Shown: in pieces, positions 20,006 through 29,714 of the stretch | How positions within the stretch are numbered: the stretch's first letter is position 1 | Layout: each line of letters starts with the position of its first letter | Origin: Clostridia bacterium | GTDB taxonomy: Bacteria; Bacillota; Clostridia; Oscillospirales; CAG-272 | Reading direction: 5' to 3' | Length of the DNA stretch: 64,000 nt | Assembly: GCA_017463865.1 (NCBI GenBank) | Contig: JAFTOI010000019.1 | Location: 10,117-74,116 of the forward strand | Position numbers and translations under genes: made by a program | Notes under the pieces: generated by a model | Told to the model about the DNA's origin: nothing | What the model saw: only the letters and a program-made list of their open reading frames with translations | The model's database searches: none

Positions 20006-23000
20006 TGATATTTGACGTTGTCAGCGCCCAAAATGTTCCGGAATTCGAAAAAAATCCGTTCACTCAGCGCGACACCGCCGATCCGGGCGTATTTCCCGGT
20101 GGCGCTGTCGTAGATCAGCGTTTCAACGGTGCCCTCGAAGATGCGGGCAAGGTTGAGCGCTTTTTTGTATGGCATCGATTCGCAGTCGGGGACGCGGAGG
20201 AAGAGACGGCGGGGTTTGTCCGACGCGGGACGCTGTACGGGCTGCGGCGTCTGCTGTGCCATGGCGGCAAAGCGGGCGTTCTCGTAGAGCTCGATCGCCT
20301 CGTTTAAGAGCAGCTTGGGCGTTTCATCTTCGCGGGCCGAGATGGTCGCACGGAGGCAGACGGCGCTGTCGGGATGGAGCAGCTCGGCATAGGCGGCGTA
20401 CTGCCGCGGGAAGGCCAGCACCTCGATCTCGCCGAGGCGGTCTTCGAGGGTGAAGAAGAGCATCGTGTCGCCCTTCTTGGTCGTTTTGCGGGTGCAGGCC
20501 GTGATCATGCCCGCCACCCGGACCAGCTTTTTGTCGGGGAACTGCGCGGCGGCCTCGGGCGGGGCATCATCGGCGTACGCCGCGAGAAGCACGGCGACCG
20601 GTGTGGGGGCAAGCGACTCCAGATGCGCGCTGTATTCGTCAAGCAGGTGACCCGAGAAGAACATGCCCGAGCACTCCTTCTCCATCATCAGCTTTTCGCG
20701 CAGACTCAGCTCGGGCTTGTCCGGATATTCGAAGCCCTGCGGCTTCTCTGCCGCGCCGGGGATGGCCGAGAAAAGGTCAAGCTGGCCGGTAAGGTTTGTA
20801 CGGCTCTTCTGGAGGATGCTGTCGACGATCCCCTCATAGGCGGCCAGCAGGCGGCTGCGGCTGATGCCGAGGCGGTCGAAGCAGCCTGCCTTGATGAGGG
20901 TTTCGACCATGCGTTTATTGAGATCCTGCCCCGCCATGCGCTCGACGAAGTCGTCGAAGGAGGTGAAGGTGCTCTTCTCACGTTCGCGCAGAACAGCATC
21001 GATGAACTGCCGGCCGACGTTTTTCAGCGCCAGCAGGCCGAAACGGATGCCGTCGGCGCAGACGTGGAAGGTCATGCGGCTCTCGTTGATATCGGGCGGC
21101 AGGACGGGGATGGCACGCTTGCCGCACTCGGCGATATACTCGGCGACCTTGGCGGTATTGCCGAGCACCGAGGTGAGCAGCGCGGCGAAGAAGGCGCGGG
21201 GATGGTGCGCCTTGAGGTAGGCGGTGCGGTAGGAGATCACCGCGTAGGCGGCAGCGTGTGATTTGTTGAAGGCATAGTTGGCGAAGCTGGCCATGTCTTC
21301 GAACAGCTTAGCCGCGGCGTCGGGATCAATGCCTCGCTCTGCTGTGCCTGCGAGGAAGCTCTCGCGCTCGGCGGCCATGACAGAGGCTTTTTTCTTTGAC
21401 ATCGCACGGCGCACGATATCCGCGTGACCGTAGGTGTAGCCGGCAAGCTCGCGGAAGATGCGCATGACCTGCTCCTGATAGACAATACAGCCGTAGGTGT
21501 CGCGCAGGATGGGCTCAAGCTGGGGGATGGAATAGACCACCTTGGCTGGATCGTGGCGGCGCTCGATATAGAGCGGGATCGATTCCATCGGGCCGGGGCG
21601 GTAGAGGGCAATGGCGGCGAGGATATCGTCGATCGACTGCGGCTTGAGGTTAGTCAGCATCTGCCGCATGCCGCCCGACTCAAGCTGGAAGACACCGCCG
21701 GTGTCGCCCCGCGAGATGAGGGCATAAGTCTTCTCGTCGTCGAGCGGCAGTGTTGTCTGCGAAAAGGCGGGGGCGCTCTCCTTGACCTGTGCCTCGGCTT
21801 CGGCGAGGATGGTCAGGTAGCGGAGGGCGAGGAAGTCGAATTTGATGAGTCCCAGCGAGGCAATGGTGTCCATGTCGTACTGCGTGACGACGGTGTCATT
21901 GCTCCGCGCGAGGGGGACGTACTCCCACAGCGGGCGCTCGGTGATGACAACACCGGCGGCGTGGACAGAGATGTTGCGGGGCATGCCCTCAATAGCCGAG
22001 GCCATGTCGAGCAGGGTGCGCACTTGGGCGCTGGCCGCCATCTGCTCCTGCAGCTCGGGGGTCAGCATTGCCTCGGCGAGGGTTATCCCGAGGTCGCGCG
22101 GGATGGCATTCGCGACAGCGTCAACCTCGGGAATGGACATGCCCAGCACACGCCCGACGTCGCGGACGGCGGCGCGGGCGGCGAGGGTGCCGAAGGTCAC
22201 GATCTGCGCCACATGATCGCGGCCATAGCGGTCGATGACGTAGTCGATAACCTCATCGCGACGGTCATAGCAGAAGTCGATGTCGATATCGGGCATGCTG
22301 ACCCGCTCGGGGTTGAGGAAGCGCTCGAAGAGGAGGTCATACTGGATCGAGTCGACATCGGTGATGCCGAGCAGGAAGGCGACAAGGCTGCCCGCGCCAG
22401 AGCCGCGCCCCGGGCCGACCGGGATGCCCGAGCGCTTGGCGAAGCCGACGTAGTCCTGCACGATGAGGAAGTAATCGGCAAAACCCATTTGCTCGATGAC
22501 CGACAGCTCGTAGTCGACGCGGGCGCGGTATTCGGTCTCGGGGTGAGCGTCGGTGAAGGTCAGCTCGCCGGCGGTCTGACGGCGTTCAAAGCCGGCGTCA
22601 GTCAGCTGGCGGAGGTATGCGGGTGCGCTGAGCCCATGCGGCGGAGTGAAGGTGGGCAGCGCGTAATGATCAAAGTCGAACTCGACATTGCATCGCGCGG
22701 CGATGGCGGCGGTATTCTCGATGGCACCCTCGTACCCGCCGAAGAGGGCGACCATCTCGTCGGTGGTCTTATAGTAAAATTCGCTCGTCTCGAAGCCGAC
22801 TGGCTTGCCGTCGTCGAGGGTGCGGTTGGTCTGGATGCACATTAGGACGGCCTGCGTCCGGGCGTCGGACTTGCGCAGGTAGTGAACATCGTTGGTGGCG
22901 ACCATCGGCAGACCGCAGTCACGGGCGAGGGAGACCAGCTGAGGCAAGATGGCCTTCTGGTCGGCGAGGTTGTGATCCTGCAGTTCGATGAAGTAGTTCT

Positions 23001-23517
23001 CTGCCCCGAAGATGGCCGACATCTCCTCGGCGTGGCGCTTTGCCATGTCGTATTCGCCCCGCATCAGGGCGCGGGGGATGAAGCCCGAGAGGCAGGCCGA
23101 GAGGGCGATCAGCCCCTCGTGGTGGGCGCGGAGCAGTTCCATATCGACGCGGGGCTTGCTGTAGAAGCCTTCGATGAAGCCCTGCGAGACGAGGTAGAGG
23201 AGATTGCGGTAGCCGGTCTCGTTTTCACAGAGGAGGACGAGGTGGTGGTAGTTCCCCTCCCCGCTGCCGCCGGACTTTTCAAAGCGGGAGCGCGGGGCGA
23301 CATAGACCTCACAGCCGATGATGGGCTTGATGCCCGCGTCCCGGCAGGCGCGCCAGAAAGCCACCGCGCCGTACATGACGCCGTGGTCAGTCAGGGCGAC
23401 GGCGGTGTGGCCGCATTCGGCCGCGCGTGCAGGGATATCCTTGATCCGGCAGGCACCGTCGAGCAGACTGTATTCACTATGCAGGTGCAGGTGCACGAAG
23501 TCGGCCACGCTGCTCAC
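20002..23517 (-). CDS. dnaE: DNA polymerase III alpha subunit (DnaE type)
   Basis: 1171 aa with an N-terminal PHP domain HLHLHSEYSLLDG, palm/fingers motifs and an OB fold near the C-terminus. Confidence 0.95.
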   Translation of the reverse strand: MSSVADFVHLHLHSEYSLLDGACRIKDIPARAAECGHTAVALTDHGVMYGAVAFWRACRDAGIKPIIGCEVYVAPRSRFEKSGGSGEGNYHHLVLLCENETGYRNLLYLVSQGFIEGFYSKPRVDMELLRAHHEGLIALSACLSGFIPRALMRGEYDMAKRHAEEMSAIFGAENYFIELQDHNLADQKAILPQLVSLARDCGLPMVATNDVHYLRKSDARTQAVLMCIQTNRTLDDGKPVGFETSEFYYKTTDEMVALFGGYEGAIENTAAIAARCNVEFDFDHYALPTFTPPHGLSAPAYLRQLTDAGFERRQTAGELTFTDAHPETEYRARVDYELSVIEQMGFADYFLIVQDYVGFAKRSGIPVGPGRGSGAGSLVAFLLGITDVDSIQYDLLFERFLNPERVSMPDIDIDFCYDRRDEVIDYVIDRYGRDHVAQIVTFGTLAARAAVRDVGRVLGMSIPEVDAVANAIPRDLGITLAEAMLTPELQEQMAASAQVRTLLDMASAIEGMPRNISVHAAGVVITERPLWEYVPLARSNDTVVTQYDMDTIASLGLIKFDFLALRYLTILAEAEAQVKESAPAFSQTTLPLDDEKTYALISRGDTGGVFQLESGGMRQMLTNLKPQSIDDILAAIALYRPGPMESIPLYIERRHDPAKVVYSIPQLEPILRDTYGCIVYQEQVMRIFRELAGYTYGHADIVRRAMSKKKASVMAAERESFLAGTAERGIDPDAAAKLFEDMASFANYAFNKSHAAAYAVISYRTAYLKAHHPRAFFAALLTSVLGNTAKVAEYIAECGKRAIPVLPPDINESRMTFHVCADGIRFGLLALKNVGRQFIDAVLREREKSTFTSFDDFVERMAGQDLNKRMVETLIKAGCFDRLGISRSRLLAAYEGIVDSILQKSRTNLTGQLDLFSAIPGAAEKPQGFEYPDKPELSLREKLMMEKECSGMFFSGHLLDEYSAHLESLAPTPVAVLLAAYADDAPPEAAAQFPDKKLVRVAGMITACTRKTTKKGDTMLFFTLEDRLGEIEVLAFPRQYAAYAELLHPDSAVCLRATISAREDETPKLLLNEAIELYENARFAAMAQQTPQPVQRPASDKPRRLFLRVPDCESMPYKKALNLARIFEGTVETLIYDSATGKYARIGGVALSERIFFEFRNILGADNVKYQ

Positions 23518-24422
23518 TCCTTTCGTTCTGCCTCGGCCCGGACGGCGTCGGCGATCTCGATGATCTTGTTCATGCGGTGGTACATCCCCGATTTGGAGAT
23601 GGGCGGGGACATGCGCAGGCCAAGCTCACCCAGCGACAGCTCGGGATAGGCCTCGCGCAGTTCGGCGGTGCGGTGCTGTTCATCATCGAGACGATCCATG
23701 CGGCCATAGCGGCGCAGGTCGGCGATGGCCTCGAGCTGCTTCTGATTGGCTGATACCGATTTCCGGATATTCCCCGCGTCGCAGTTGGCGACACGGTTCT
23801 CGTGGTTGCGGATATCGCGCACGATCTTGGCGTTGATGAACTCGAACACCGTTTTGGTTGCACCGAGCGCGGCCAGCAGCTCTTCGATGGTCTCGCTGCG
23901 CTTGACGTAGAAGCCTGTCCCGCGGGTGCGGACGGCACATTTCGGTTCGATGCCGATTGCCGAGAGCATATTCGCCCCTAGGACGACACTGCTCGGATCG
24001 CGCACCATGAACTCGAGGTGCAGGCCCTTCTCCGGGTCGGTCAGCGTGCCCCCGGCGATGAACATGCCCTGGGCGAAATGGATGTAGCAGGCCGAACAAC
24101 CGTCGGTCAGCATGCCATGCTCGCGCAGGCCGGTCAGCCAGTTGGCGGCTTTGCGGGATGTAAACGTGATCTGATATGTTTTATGCGCGCCGCGACGAAT
24201 TGGCTCAGCTTCGGTCTGCACCGACCAGCACTGGCGCAGCAGATGCAGTGCGGCTTCAACCGCTTCGGGCTCATCGAGGGTGAAGGTAATCGTCTCCCCC
24301 TCGACGGCGGCCGAGATCATCATGCCGCCCAGCAGTGCACGGCGACAACATTTTTGCTTGACGGCAAGCTCGGCCAGCTCGCGGCGGCAGGCTGAGGCAA
24401 TGCCGATCCTGGTCTCTTCCAT
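23514..24422 (-). CDS. whiA: DNA-binding protein WhiA
   Basis: LAGLIDADG-like domains plus a C-terminal HTH (LSLGELGLRMSPPISKSGMYHRMNKI). The start was chosen at MEETRIG (24422) to avoid overlapping murB. The track ORF extends to 24473. Confidence 0.85.
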   Translation of the reverse strand: MEETRIGIASACRRELAELAVKQKCCRRALLGGMMISAAVEGETITFTLDEPEAVEAALHLLRQCWSVQTEAEPIRRGAHKTYQITFTSRKAANWLTGLREHGMLTDGCSACYIHFAQGMFIAGGTLTDPEKGLHLEFMVRDPSSVVLGANMLSAIGIEPKCAVRTRGTGFYVKRSETIEELLAALGATKTVFEFINAKIVRDIRNHENRVANCDAGNIRKSVSANQKQLEAIADLRRYGRMDRLDDEQHRTAELREAYPELSLGELGLRMSPPISKSGMYHRMNKIIEIADAVRAEAERKE

Positions 24423-24426
24423 CGGC

Positions 24427-25332
24427 TCACCCCAGACGGACAAGCTCGCACTCGAGCTCAACGCCGTACTCATGCAGGACGGTGGCGCGGATGTGGTCGA
24501 TCAGGCGCAGAACATCGTCGGCGGTAGCGCCGCCGCGGTTGACGATGAAGCCGGCGTGCTTCTCCGACACCTGCGCACCGCCGATGGCGGTGCCTTTGAG
24601 ACCGCAGTCCTCGATCAGCTTGCCGGCAAAATAGCCGACCGGGCGCTTGAAAACGCTCCCCGCGCTGGGCAGCTCGAGGGGCTGCTTGTCGCGGCGGCGC
24701 TGCATGTAATCCTGCATGCGCGCGAGGATATCGGCGGAGTCGCCGGGCGTGAGCGTCATGGTCACCGACAGGGCGACCGCAGCCGGGCAGTCATTATAGA
24801 TGCTGTGGCGGTAGGCAAAAGCGTGGTCGGTCACCGTCTTGAGGGTGTGGGCGGCACTGTCATAGCAAAGGCTGGAGGTGACAACACCCGACATCTCCCC
24901 CCCGTATGCACCGGCGTTCATCCGCAGTGCACCGCCGACACTGCCGGGGATGCCGTAGGCGAAAGCGAGGCCGTCCAGGCCGCGCCGTTGTGCCTCGAGG
25001 GCGAGGGCAGTCAGCGATGCACCGCTGTCGGCAGTGAGGGTACAGCCGTCAAAGAAAAACTGCTTCATCTTGCCGGTGAACAGCACTGCGCCGGTAAATC
25101 CTGCGTCGGCGCAGAGCAGATTGCTGCCGTTGCCGATGACGGTGTATGGCACGCCTGCGGCGCAGACTGTATCCAGTGCGGCCTGCGCCGCATGTGCCGT
25201 TCGCGGGAAGAGGGCAAGCGCGGCCGGGCCGCCGATACGGAAGGTCGTATACTGCGCGAGCGGCAGATTGCGGCAGATCTCAAGGTTTGCGATCTCGGCC
25301 AGACGCGCGGCGAGTGTATCAAAATTGGTCAT
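24427..25332 (-). CDS. murB: UDP-N-acetylenolpyruvoylglucosamine reductase
   Basis: 301 aa with an FAD-binding domain FRIGGPA...GNGSNLL and a C-terminal SAGSVFKRP motif. Confidence 0.9.
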   Translation of the reverse strand: MTNFDTLAARLAEIANLEICRNLPLAQYTTFRIGGPAALALFPRTAHAAQAALDTVCAAGVPYTVIGNGSNLLCADAGFTGAVLFTGKMKQFFFDGCTLTADSGASLTALALEAQRRGLDGLAFAYGIPGSVGGALRMNAGAYGGEMSGVVTSSLCYDSAAHTLKTVTDHAFAYRHSIYNDCPAAVALSVTMTLTPGDSADILARMQDYMQRRRDKQPLELPSAGSVFKRPVGYFAGKLIEDCGLKGTAIGGAQVSEKHAGFIVNRGGATADDVLRLIDHIRATVLHEYGVELECELVRLG

Positions 25333-25341
25333 GTATTCTCC

Positions 25342-26031
25342 TCAAACGCCCAGCAAGGCGCGCAGTTCGTCGTAATTGGCAACGGTGTAGGTTGGTGTGC
25401 GGTCGGCGGGAGCGGGCTTTCCGGCTGGATTGTACCAGCAGGTGTCGATCCCGGCTGCGATGCCGCCGGCGATATCGGACGACAGCGAGTCGCCGATGAC
25501 CAGCGCCCGCGCGCGGTCAAAGCCGGGGATTGCCGCTTCAACAGCGTCGAAAAAGGCGGGACTGGGCTTTTCGGCGCCCACCTCCTGTGAGATGAAGTGC
25601 CCTTCCATGCAAGCCAGAAGCGGCGTGCCGTCAAGGCGCCCATGCTGGACGCTGGCGGTGCCGTTGGTGATGATCGCAAGTGAATAGCGCGACTTCAGCG
25701 CCTGGCAGAGCGCGAGCGCACCGTCGATGAGATGTCCCTGTGTCGCCATGCTGGCAAAATAGTCGCGCCCGAGCTGATCGGCGTCGTAGGTGAAGCCAAA
25801 CCGTTCGGCCAGCTGCGAAAAGCGGACGCGATTGAGATTGGCGCGGTCGAACTCGCCGGTCTCGATCTTCTTCCAGATCGCGTCGTTGATGGCGCTGTAG
25901 GTGGTGATGACCTCCTCGGTCGCCTCGACGCCGTGGGCGGCGAGCGCTTCACAGAGCGCACAGCGCTCGGCCTTCTCGAAGTCAAGCAGGGTGCCGTCAG
26001 CGTCGAAGAGCAGCCATGTATAGTGTTTCAT
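25342..26031 (-). CDS. HAD-family hydrolase, YjjG-like noncanonical pyrimidine nucleotidase
   Basis: The start is MKHYTWLLFDADGTLLDF (DxDGT motif). Later motifs are ITNG and GDSLSSDIAGG. The track ORF is over-extended to 26157. Confidence 0.8.
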   Translation of the reverse strand: MKHYTWLLFDADGTLLDFEKAERCALCEALAAHGVEATEEVITTYSAINDAIWKKIETGEFDRANLNRVRFSQLAERFGFTYDADQLGRDYFASMATQGHLIDGALALCQALKSRYSLAIITNGTASVQHGRLDGTPLLACMEGHFISQEVGAEKPSPAFFDAVEAAIPGFDRARALVIGDSLSSDIAGGIAAGIDTCWYNPAGKPAPADRTPTYTVANYDELRALLGV

Positions 26032-26051
26032 GCGGATAATCCTTTCATTCG

Positions 26052-26810
26052 TCAGATCACGATGCCGCCGTTGGGGCTGAGCACCTGCCCTGTCACAAAG
26101 GGGGCGGCGGCAAAGTAGAGGACGGCCTGCGCGATATCCTCCGGGCGGCCGATGCACTCGAGCGGCGTCTCGTCGCAGAGGGCGGCGCGGGTGTCGGCAT
26201 CGAGGGCGGCGTTCATCTCGGTCTCGATGACGCCGGGGGCGACGCAGTTGACGGTGATGCCCGATGGCCCCAGCTCCTTAGCCAGTGCGCGGGTCAAGCC
26301 GATGATCCCGGCCTTCGCCGCCGAGTAATGCACCTCGCAGGACGCACCGGTCAGCCCCCAGATGGAGGAGAGATTGATGATCCGCCCATATTTTTCGCGG
26401 ATCATGCCGGGCAGGACGGCCTGCGTACAGTGGAAGACGCCGCCGAGGTTGACATCAAGCATGCGGTTCCACTCGTCCGCCGTGATATCGGTAAACAGCC
26501 GGAACTGTGCGATACCGGCGTTGTTGACCAGGCAGTCGACGGCGCCCATCACTGCCGTGATGCGTTCGACAGCGGCAAAAACAGCGTCGCGGTCGGCGAC
26601 ATCCGCCTTGACGGCAAGCGCGCCGGTCTCCGCGGCCAGCGCCGCTGCGGCCTCATCCGACCGGGCATAGAGAAAGGTCACGCGGCATCCGCGCGCGGCA
26701 AAGGCGCGCACGCAGGCCGCGCCGATCCCACGGCTGCCGCCGGTCACGAGGATCCGTTCGGGAAAACGGTCATTGAGCGTTTGCACAGCAAAATCCTCCA
26801 GTTTCATCAT
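26052..26810 (-). CDS. SDR-family oxidoreductase (FabG-like)
   Basis: VTGGSRGIG cofactor motif, NNAG, and a YSAAK catalytic Tyr-x3-Lys. The start is at MMKLEDF (26810 or 26807). Confidence 0.8.
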   Translation of the reverse strand: MMKLEDFAVQTLNDRFPERILVTGGSRGIGAACVRAFAARGCRVTFLYARSDEAAAALAAETGALAVKADVADRDAVFAAVERITAVMGAVDCLVNNAGIAQFRLFTDITADEWNRMLDVNLGGVFHCTQAVLPGMIREKYGRIINLSSIWGLTGASCEVHYSAAKAGIIGLTRALAKELGPSGITVNCVAPGVIETEMNAALDADTRAALCDETPLECIGRPEDIAQAVLYFAAAPFVTGQVLSPNGGIVI

Positions 26811-26923
26811 CACGGTATGCGGCGTTGTCGATCGGCACAAACTAAAGCCGGCCGTCGTTTGCGCATACCATTCCATCATACTTATTATGATATCACAAAA
26901 CGCCAGCAATTTCAAGGAGAATC

Positions 26924-26952
26924 TTGCATTTGATCCCGGAATATGCTATAAT
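26924..26952 (+). promoter_or_regulatory. Sigma-A promoter of the EamA transporter gene
   Basis: TTGCAT (26924-26929), 17 nt, then TATAAT (26947-26952). It leaves a leader of about 100 nt. Confidence 0.55.
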
Positions 26953-27061
26953 AAAGGAAAATTTTCTCAACGGAGGCTGACTACATATTGCAGCCGGCAC
27001 AGTTTGTCAGCTTTCTCAGCTGACCGCACCCCTGCCAGTCTATGCCCGCCCGGAGGAATCT

Positions 27062-27925
27062 ATGCACTCGCCCATTGCCGCCCGTCTGGCCCTGATTGCC
27101 GCCACCGTCACCTGGGGAACGACCTTCCTCATCACGCAGAACACGCTTGACGCTATCGACACCTACTATCTCCTGGGCATCCGATTCAGCGGGGCGGCGC
27201 TTTTGCTGTTTTTGCTCTTTCACCGCAGCTTTGCCCGGCTCGACCGCGCGTTGCTGCGTCGGGGGGCGATGCTGGGTCTGATCCTCTTCGCCGCCTATGT
27301 GCTGCAGACCGAGGCACTCAAGCGCACATCCCCCGGCAAGGTCGCATTTTTCTCGGCGGTGGACTGTGTGGCGGTACCCTTTCTGACCTGGCTGGTCAGC
27401 CAGCGTCGTCCGACTCTGCTGCATGTGTCAGCGGCCTTCTTCTGTCTCGGCGGCATCGGCTGCGTCTCGCTGGAGGGAAACGTCACCTTCAGTGCCGGCG
27501 AGCTGCTGGCTCTCGGCTGCGGTATTCTCTTCGGTGCGCATATCCTCGGCCTGTCCCGGCTGGCGGAGGGACAGCCTATTCTGCCGCTGACCGTTGTGCA
27601 GTTTGGCACCACGGCGGCGCTGGCCTGGGGCTTTGCCCTGCTCTTCAACCGTCCGCCGGCTGAGATCCCACTGTCTGCAGGTCTGAGTCTGGCCTATCTC
27701 TGCATTTTCGCCACTGCGCTTGCCTTCATCTGCCAGACAGCCGGTCAGCGGCAGATGCCGCCGTCGACTGCGGCACTTATCCTCAGTCTTGAGGCTGTCT
27801 TCGGCGTGGTCTGCGCCATGCTCTTCGCGCATGAACCGCTGACGCCCATGATGTGTCTCGGCTTCGCGCTGATCTTCGCGGCCATCCTGATTGCCGAGCT
27901 GCTGCCCCAGCGACGCAAAACTTGA
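27062..27925 (+). CDS. EamA/DMT-family transporter
   Basis: 287 aa, about 10 TM segments, with the two-EamA-repeat architecture. Confidence 0.8.
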   Translation: MHSPIAARLALIAATVTWGTTFLITQNTLDAIDTYYLLGIRFSGAALLLFLLFHRSFARLDRALLRRGAMLGLILFAAYVLQTEALKRTSPGKVAFFSAVDCVAVPFLTWLVSQRRPTLLHVSAAFFCLGGIGCVSLEGNVTFSAGELLALGCGILFGAHILGLSRLAEGQPILPLTVVQFGTTAALAWGFALLFNRPPAEIPLSAGLSLAYLCIFATALAFICQTAGQRQMPPSTAALILSLEAVFGVVCAMLFAHEPLTPMMCLGFALIFAAILIAELLPQRRKT

Positions 27926-27970
27926 CCCAACGGGCTTCGGCCCGAATCCTACATAAATCGAGGTCCCACC

Positions 27971-28531
27971 ATGTCAGAAAAGCTGAAACGCTGTCTCCTG
28001 CTCTTTCTCTACACCATGCGCATCAGTGCCTTTACCTTCGGCGGCGGGTATGTCATCGTCTCGCTGATGAAAAAGCAGTTCGTCGATAAGCTCGGCTGGC
28101 TGGCGGAGGAGGAGATGCTCGACTACACTGCCCTTGCACAATCCTCGCCGGGGCCGATCGCAGTCAACGCTGCGATTCTTGTCGGCTACCGCATCAGCGG
28201 CGTTCCGGGCGTGTTTACTTCAATCATCGGTACGATCCTGCCTCCACTGGTACTGCTGACCGCCATCTCCTTCGTCTATGAGGCCTTTATCCAGATCGAG
28301 GCCATTCGCTATCTGCTCCTCGGCATGCAGGCGGGTGTAATCGCCGTCATCTGCGACGTCGTCTGCGGGCTCTGCCGCTCGATCTGGCGGGAGGGACGCT
28401 GGATCGCGATCATCACAGCGGCGGCCGCGCTGATCCTTGTGGCTGTCTTCTCGGTCAATGTGATCCTCATCGTCCTCGCCTGCGCCCTCTTGGGCATCCT
28501 CCTGTACGGAAAGGAGGATCGGGCAAAATGA
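27971..28531 (+). CDS. Chromate transporter family protein (half-size, N-type)
   Basis: 186 aa with FTFGGGYVIVSLM and SSPGPIAVN motifs of the CHR family. It overlaps the next gene by 4 nt. Confidence 0.8.
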   Translation: MSEKLKRCLLLFLYTMRISAFTFGGGYVIVSLMKKQFVDKLGWLAEEEMLDYTALAQSSPGPIAVNAAILVGYRISGVPGVFTSIIGTILPPLVLLTAISFVYEAFIQIEAIRYLLLGMQAGVIAVICDVVCGLCRSIWREGRWIAIITAAAALILVAVFSVNVILIVLACALLGILLYGKEDRAK

Positions 28532-29097
28532 TCTACCTCGAATTGTTCTGGTCGTTTTTTCAGATCGGCCTCTTCTCCTTCGGCGGCGGCTACGCAGCAC
28601 TGCCGATGATCGAGAAGCAGGTCATCGACACCCATGGCTGGATGACGGCGGCCGAGTTCACCGACCTCATCACCATCTCGCAGATGACCCCCGGCCCCAT
28701 TGCGGTCAACTCGGCCAGCTTCATCGGGGCACGCATGGCGGGCATTCCCGGCGCTCTCGTGGCGACGCTGGGCAATATCATCCCGTCCTGCGTCATCGTC
28801 ATGCTGCTGGCGTGGCTCTATCGCAAGTACAGCAGTTTATCGGTCATCAACGGTGCCCTGCGCGGCCTGCGGCCTGCGGTCGTCGGCATGATCGCCTCGG
28901 CGGCGGTGACCATGATCGGCTCTTCGTGGTTCGCCGAGACGGCTGCCAGCATCGGCGGCGTGGACGTGCTGGCTGTGGCGCTGTTCGCCGCGGCGTTTGT
29001 GGTACTGCGGAAGTGGAAGCTGAGCCCCATCCTTGTCATGAGCGGCGCTGGGGTGCTTGGGCTGGTTGGGTATGTGGTGTTGGGTGCGGTGCGATAA
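28528..29097 (+). CDS. Chromate transporter family protein (half-size, C-type)
   Basis: 189 aa with FSFGGGYAALPMI and MTPGPIAVN motifs. It is the paired short-chain CHR partner. Confidence 0.8.
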   Translation: MIYLELFWSFFQIGLFSFGGGYAALPMIEKQVIDTHGWMTAAEFTDLITISQMTPGPIAVNSASFIGARMAGIPGALVATLGNIIPSCVIVMLLAWLYRKYSSLSVINGALRGLRPAVVGMIASAAVTMIGSSWFAETAASIGGVDVLAVALFAAAFVVLRKWKLSPILVMSGAGVLGLVGYVVLGAVR

Positions 29098-29107
29098 TGC
29101 GAAAAAC

Positions 29108-29135
29108 AAAAGGCAGAGCCATAGCTCTGCCTTTT
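29108..29135. terminator. Bidirectional rho-independent terminator
   Basis: AAAGGCAGAGC-cata-GCTCTGCCTTT, flanked by an A-run on one side and a T-run on the other. Confidence 0.7.
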
Positions 29136-29147
29136 CTATTGCATAAA

Positions 29148-29696
29148 TTACTTACCGAAGTATCTCTCCAGCAGGCCGGCGAATGCACGGCCATGTCGAG
29201 CCTCGTCGCGTGCCATCTCGTGGACGGTGTCGTGAATGGCATCGAGGTTGAGTGCCTTTGCGCGCTTAGCAAGGTCGGTCTTGCCGGCGGTAGCGCCGTT
29301 CTCGGCGTCTACGCGCATCTCGAGGTTCTTCTTGGTGGAGTCGGTGACGACTTCGCCCAGCAGCTCTGCGAACTTTGCTGCGTGCTCTGCTTCCTCGTAT
29401 GCTGCCTTCTCCCAGTACAGACCGATCTCGGGATAGCCCTCGCGGAATGCGACGCGGGACATCGCCAGGTACATACCGACCTCGGAGCACTCGCCGTTGA
29501 AGTTGGCGCGCAGGTCAGCCTTGATATCCTCCGGAACGTCCTTGGCGACGCCGACAACATGCTCGGCGGCCCAAGTCATCTCGGCGGTGTTCATCTCTTC
29601 AAACATCTTTGCGGGGACGCCGCACTGCGGACATTTCTCGGGTGCGCTGTCGCCCTCGTGAACATAACCGCAAACCTTACATACGAACTTTTTCAT
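29148..29696 (-). CDS. Reverse rubrerythrin (N-terminal rubredoxin-like CxxC x2 + ferritin-like diiron domain)
   Basis: [15 protein letters not shown]...CPQCG, followed by ExxH diiron motifs ([14 protein letters not shown]). RBS GGAGG. Confidence 0.85.
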   Translation of the reverse strand: MKKFVCKVCGYVHEGDSAPEKCPQCGVPAKMFEEMNTAEMTWAAEHVVGVAKDVPEDIKADLRANFNGECSEVGMYLAMSRVAFREGYPEIGLYWEKAAYEEAEHAAKFAELLGEVVTDSTKKNLEMRVDAENGATAGKTDLAKRAKALNLDAIHDTVHEMARDEARHGRAFAGLLERYFGK

Positions 29697-29714
29697 GTGT
29701 GTTTCCTCCATAAA

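Noticed and set aside
26970-27061. A guanidine-II (mini-ykkC)-like element in the EamA leader, suggested by an ACGG tetranucleotide.
   Set aside because: The nucleotides flanking the ACGG do not form the required closing stem, and there is no second ACGR hairpin.
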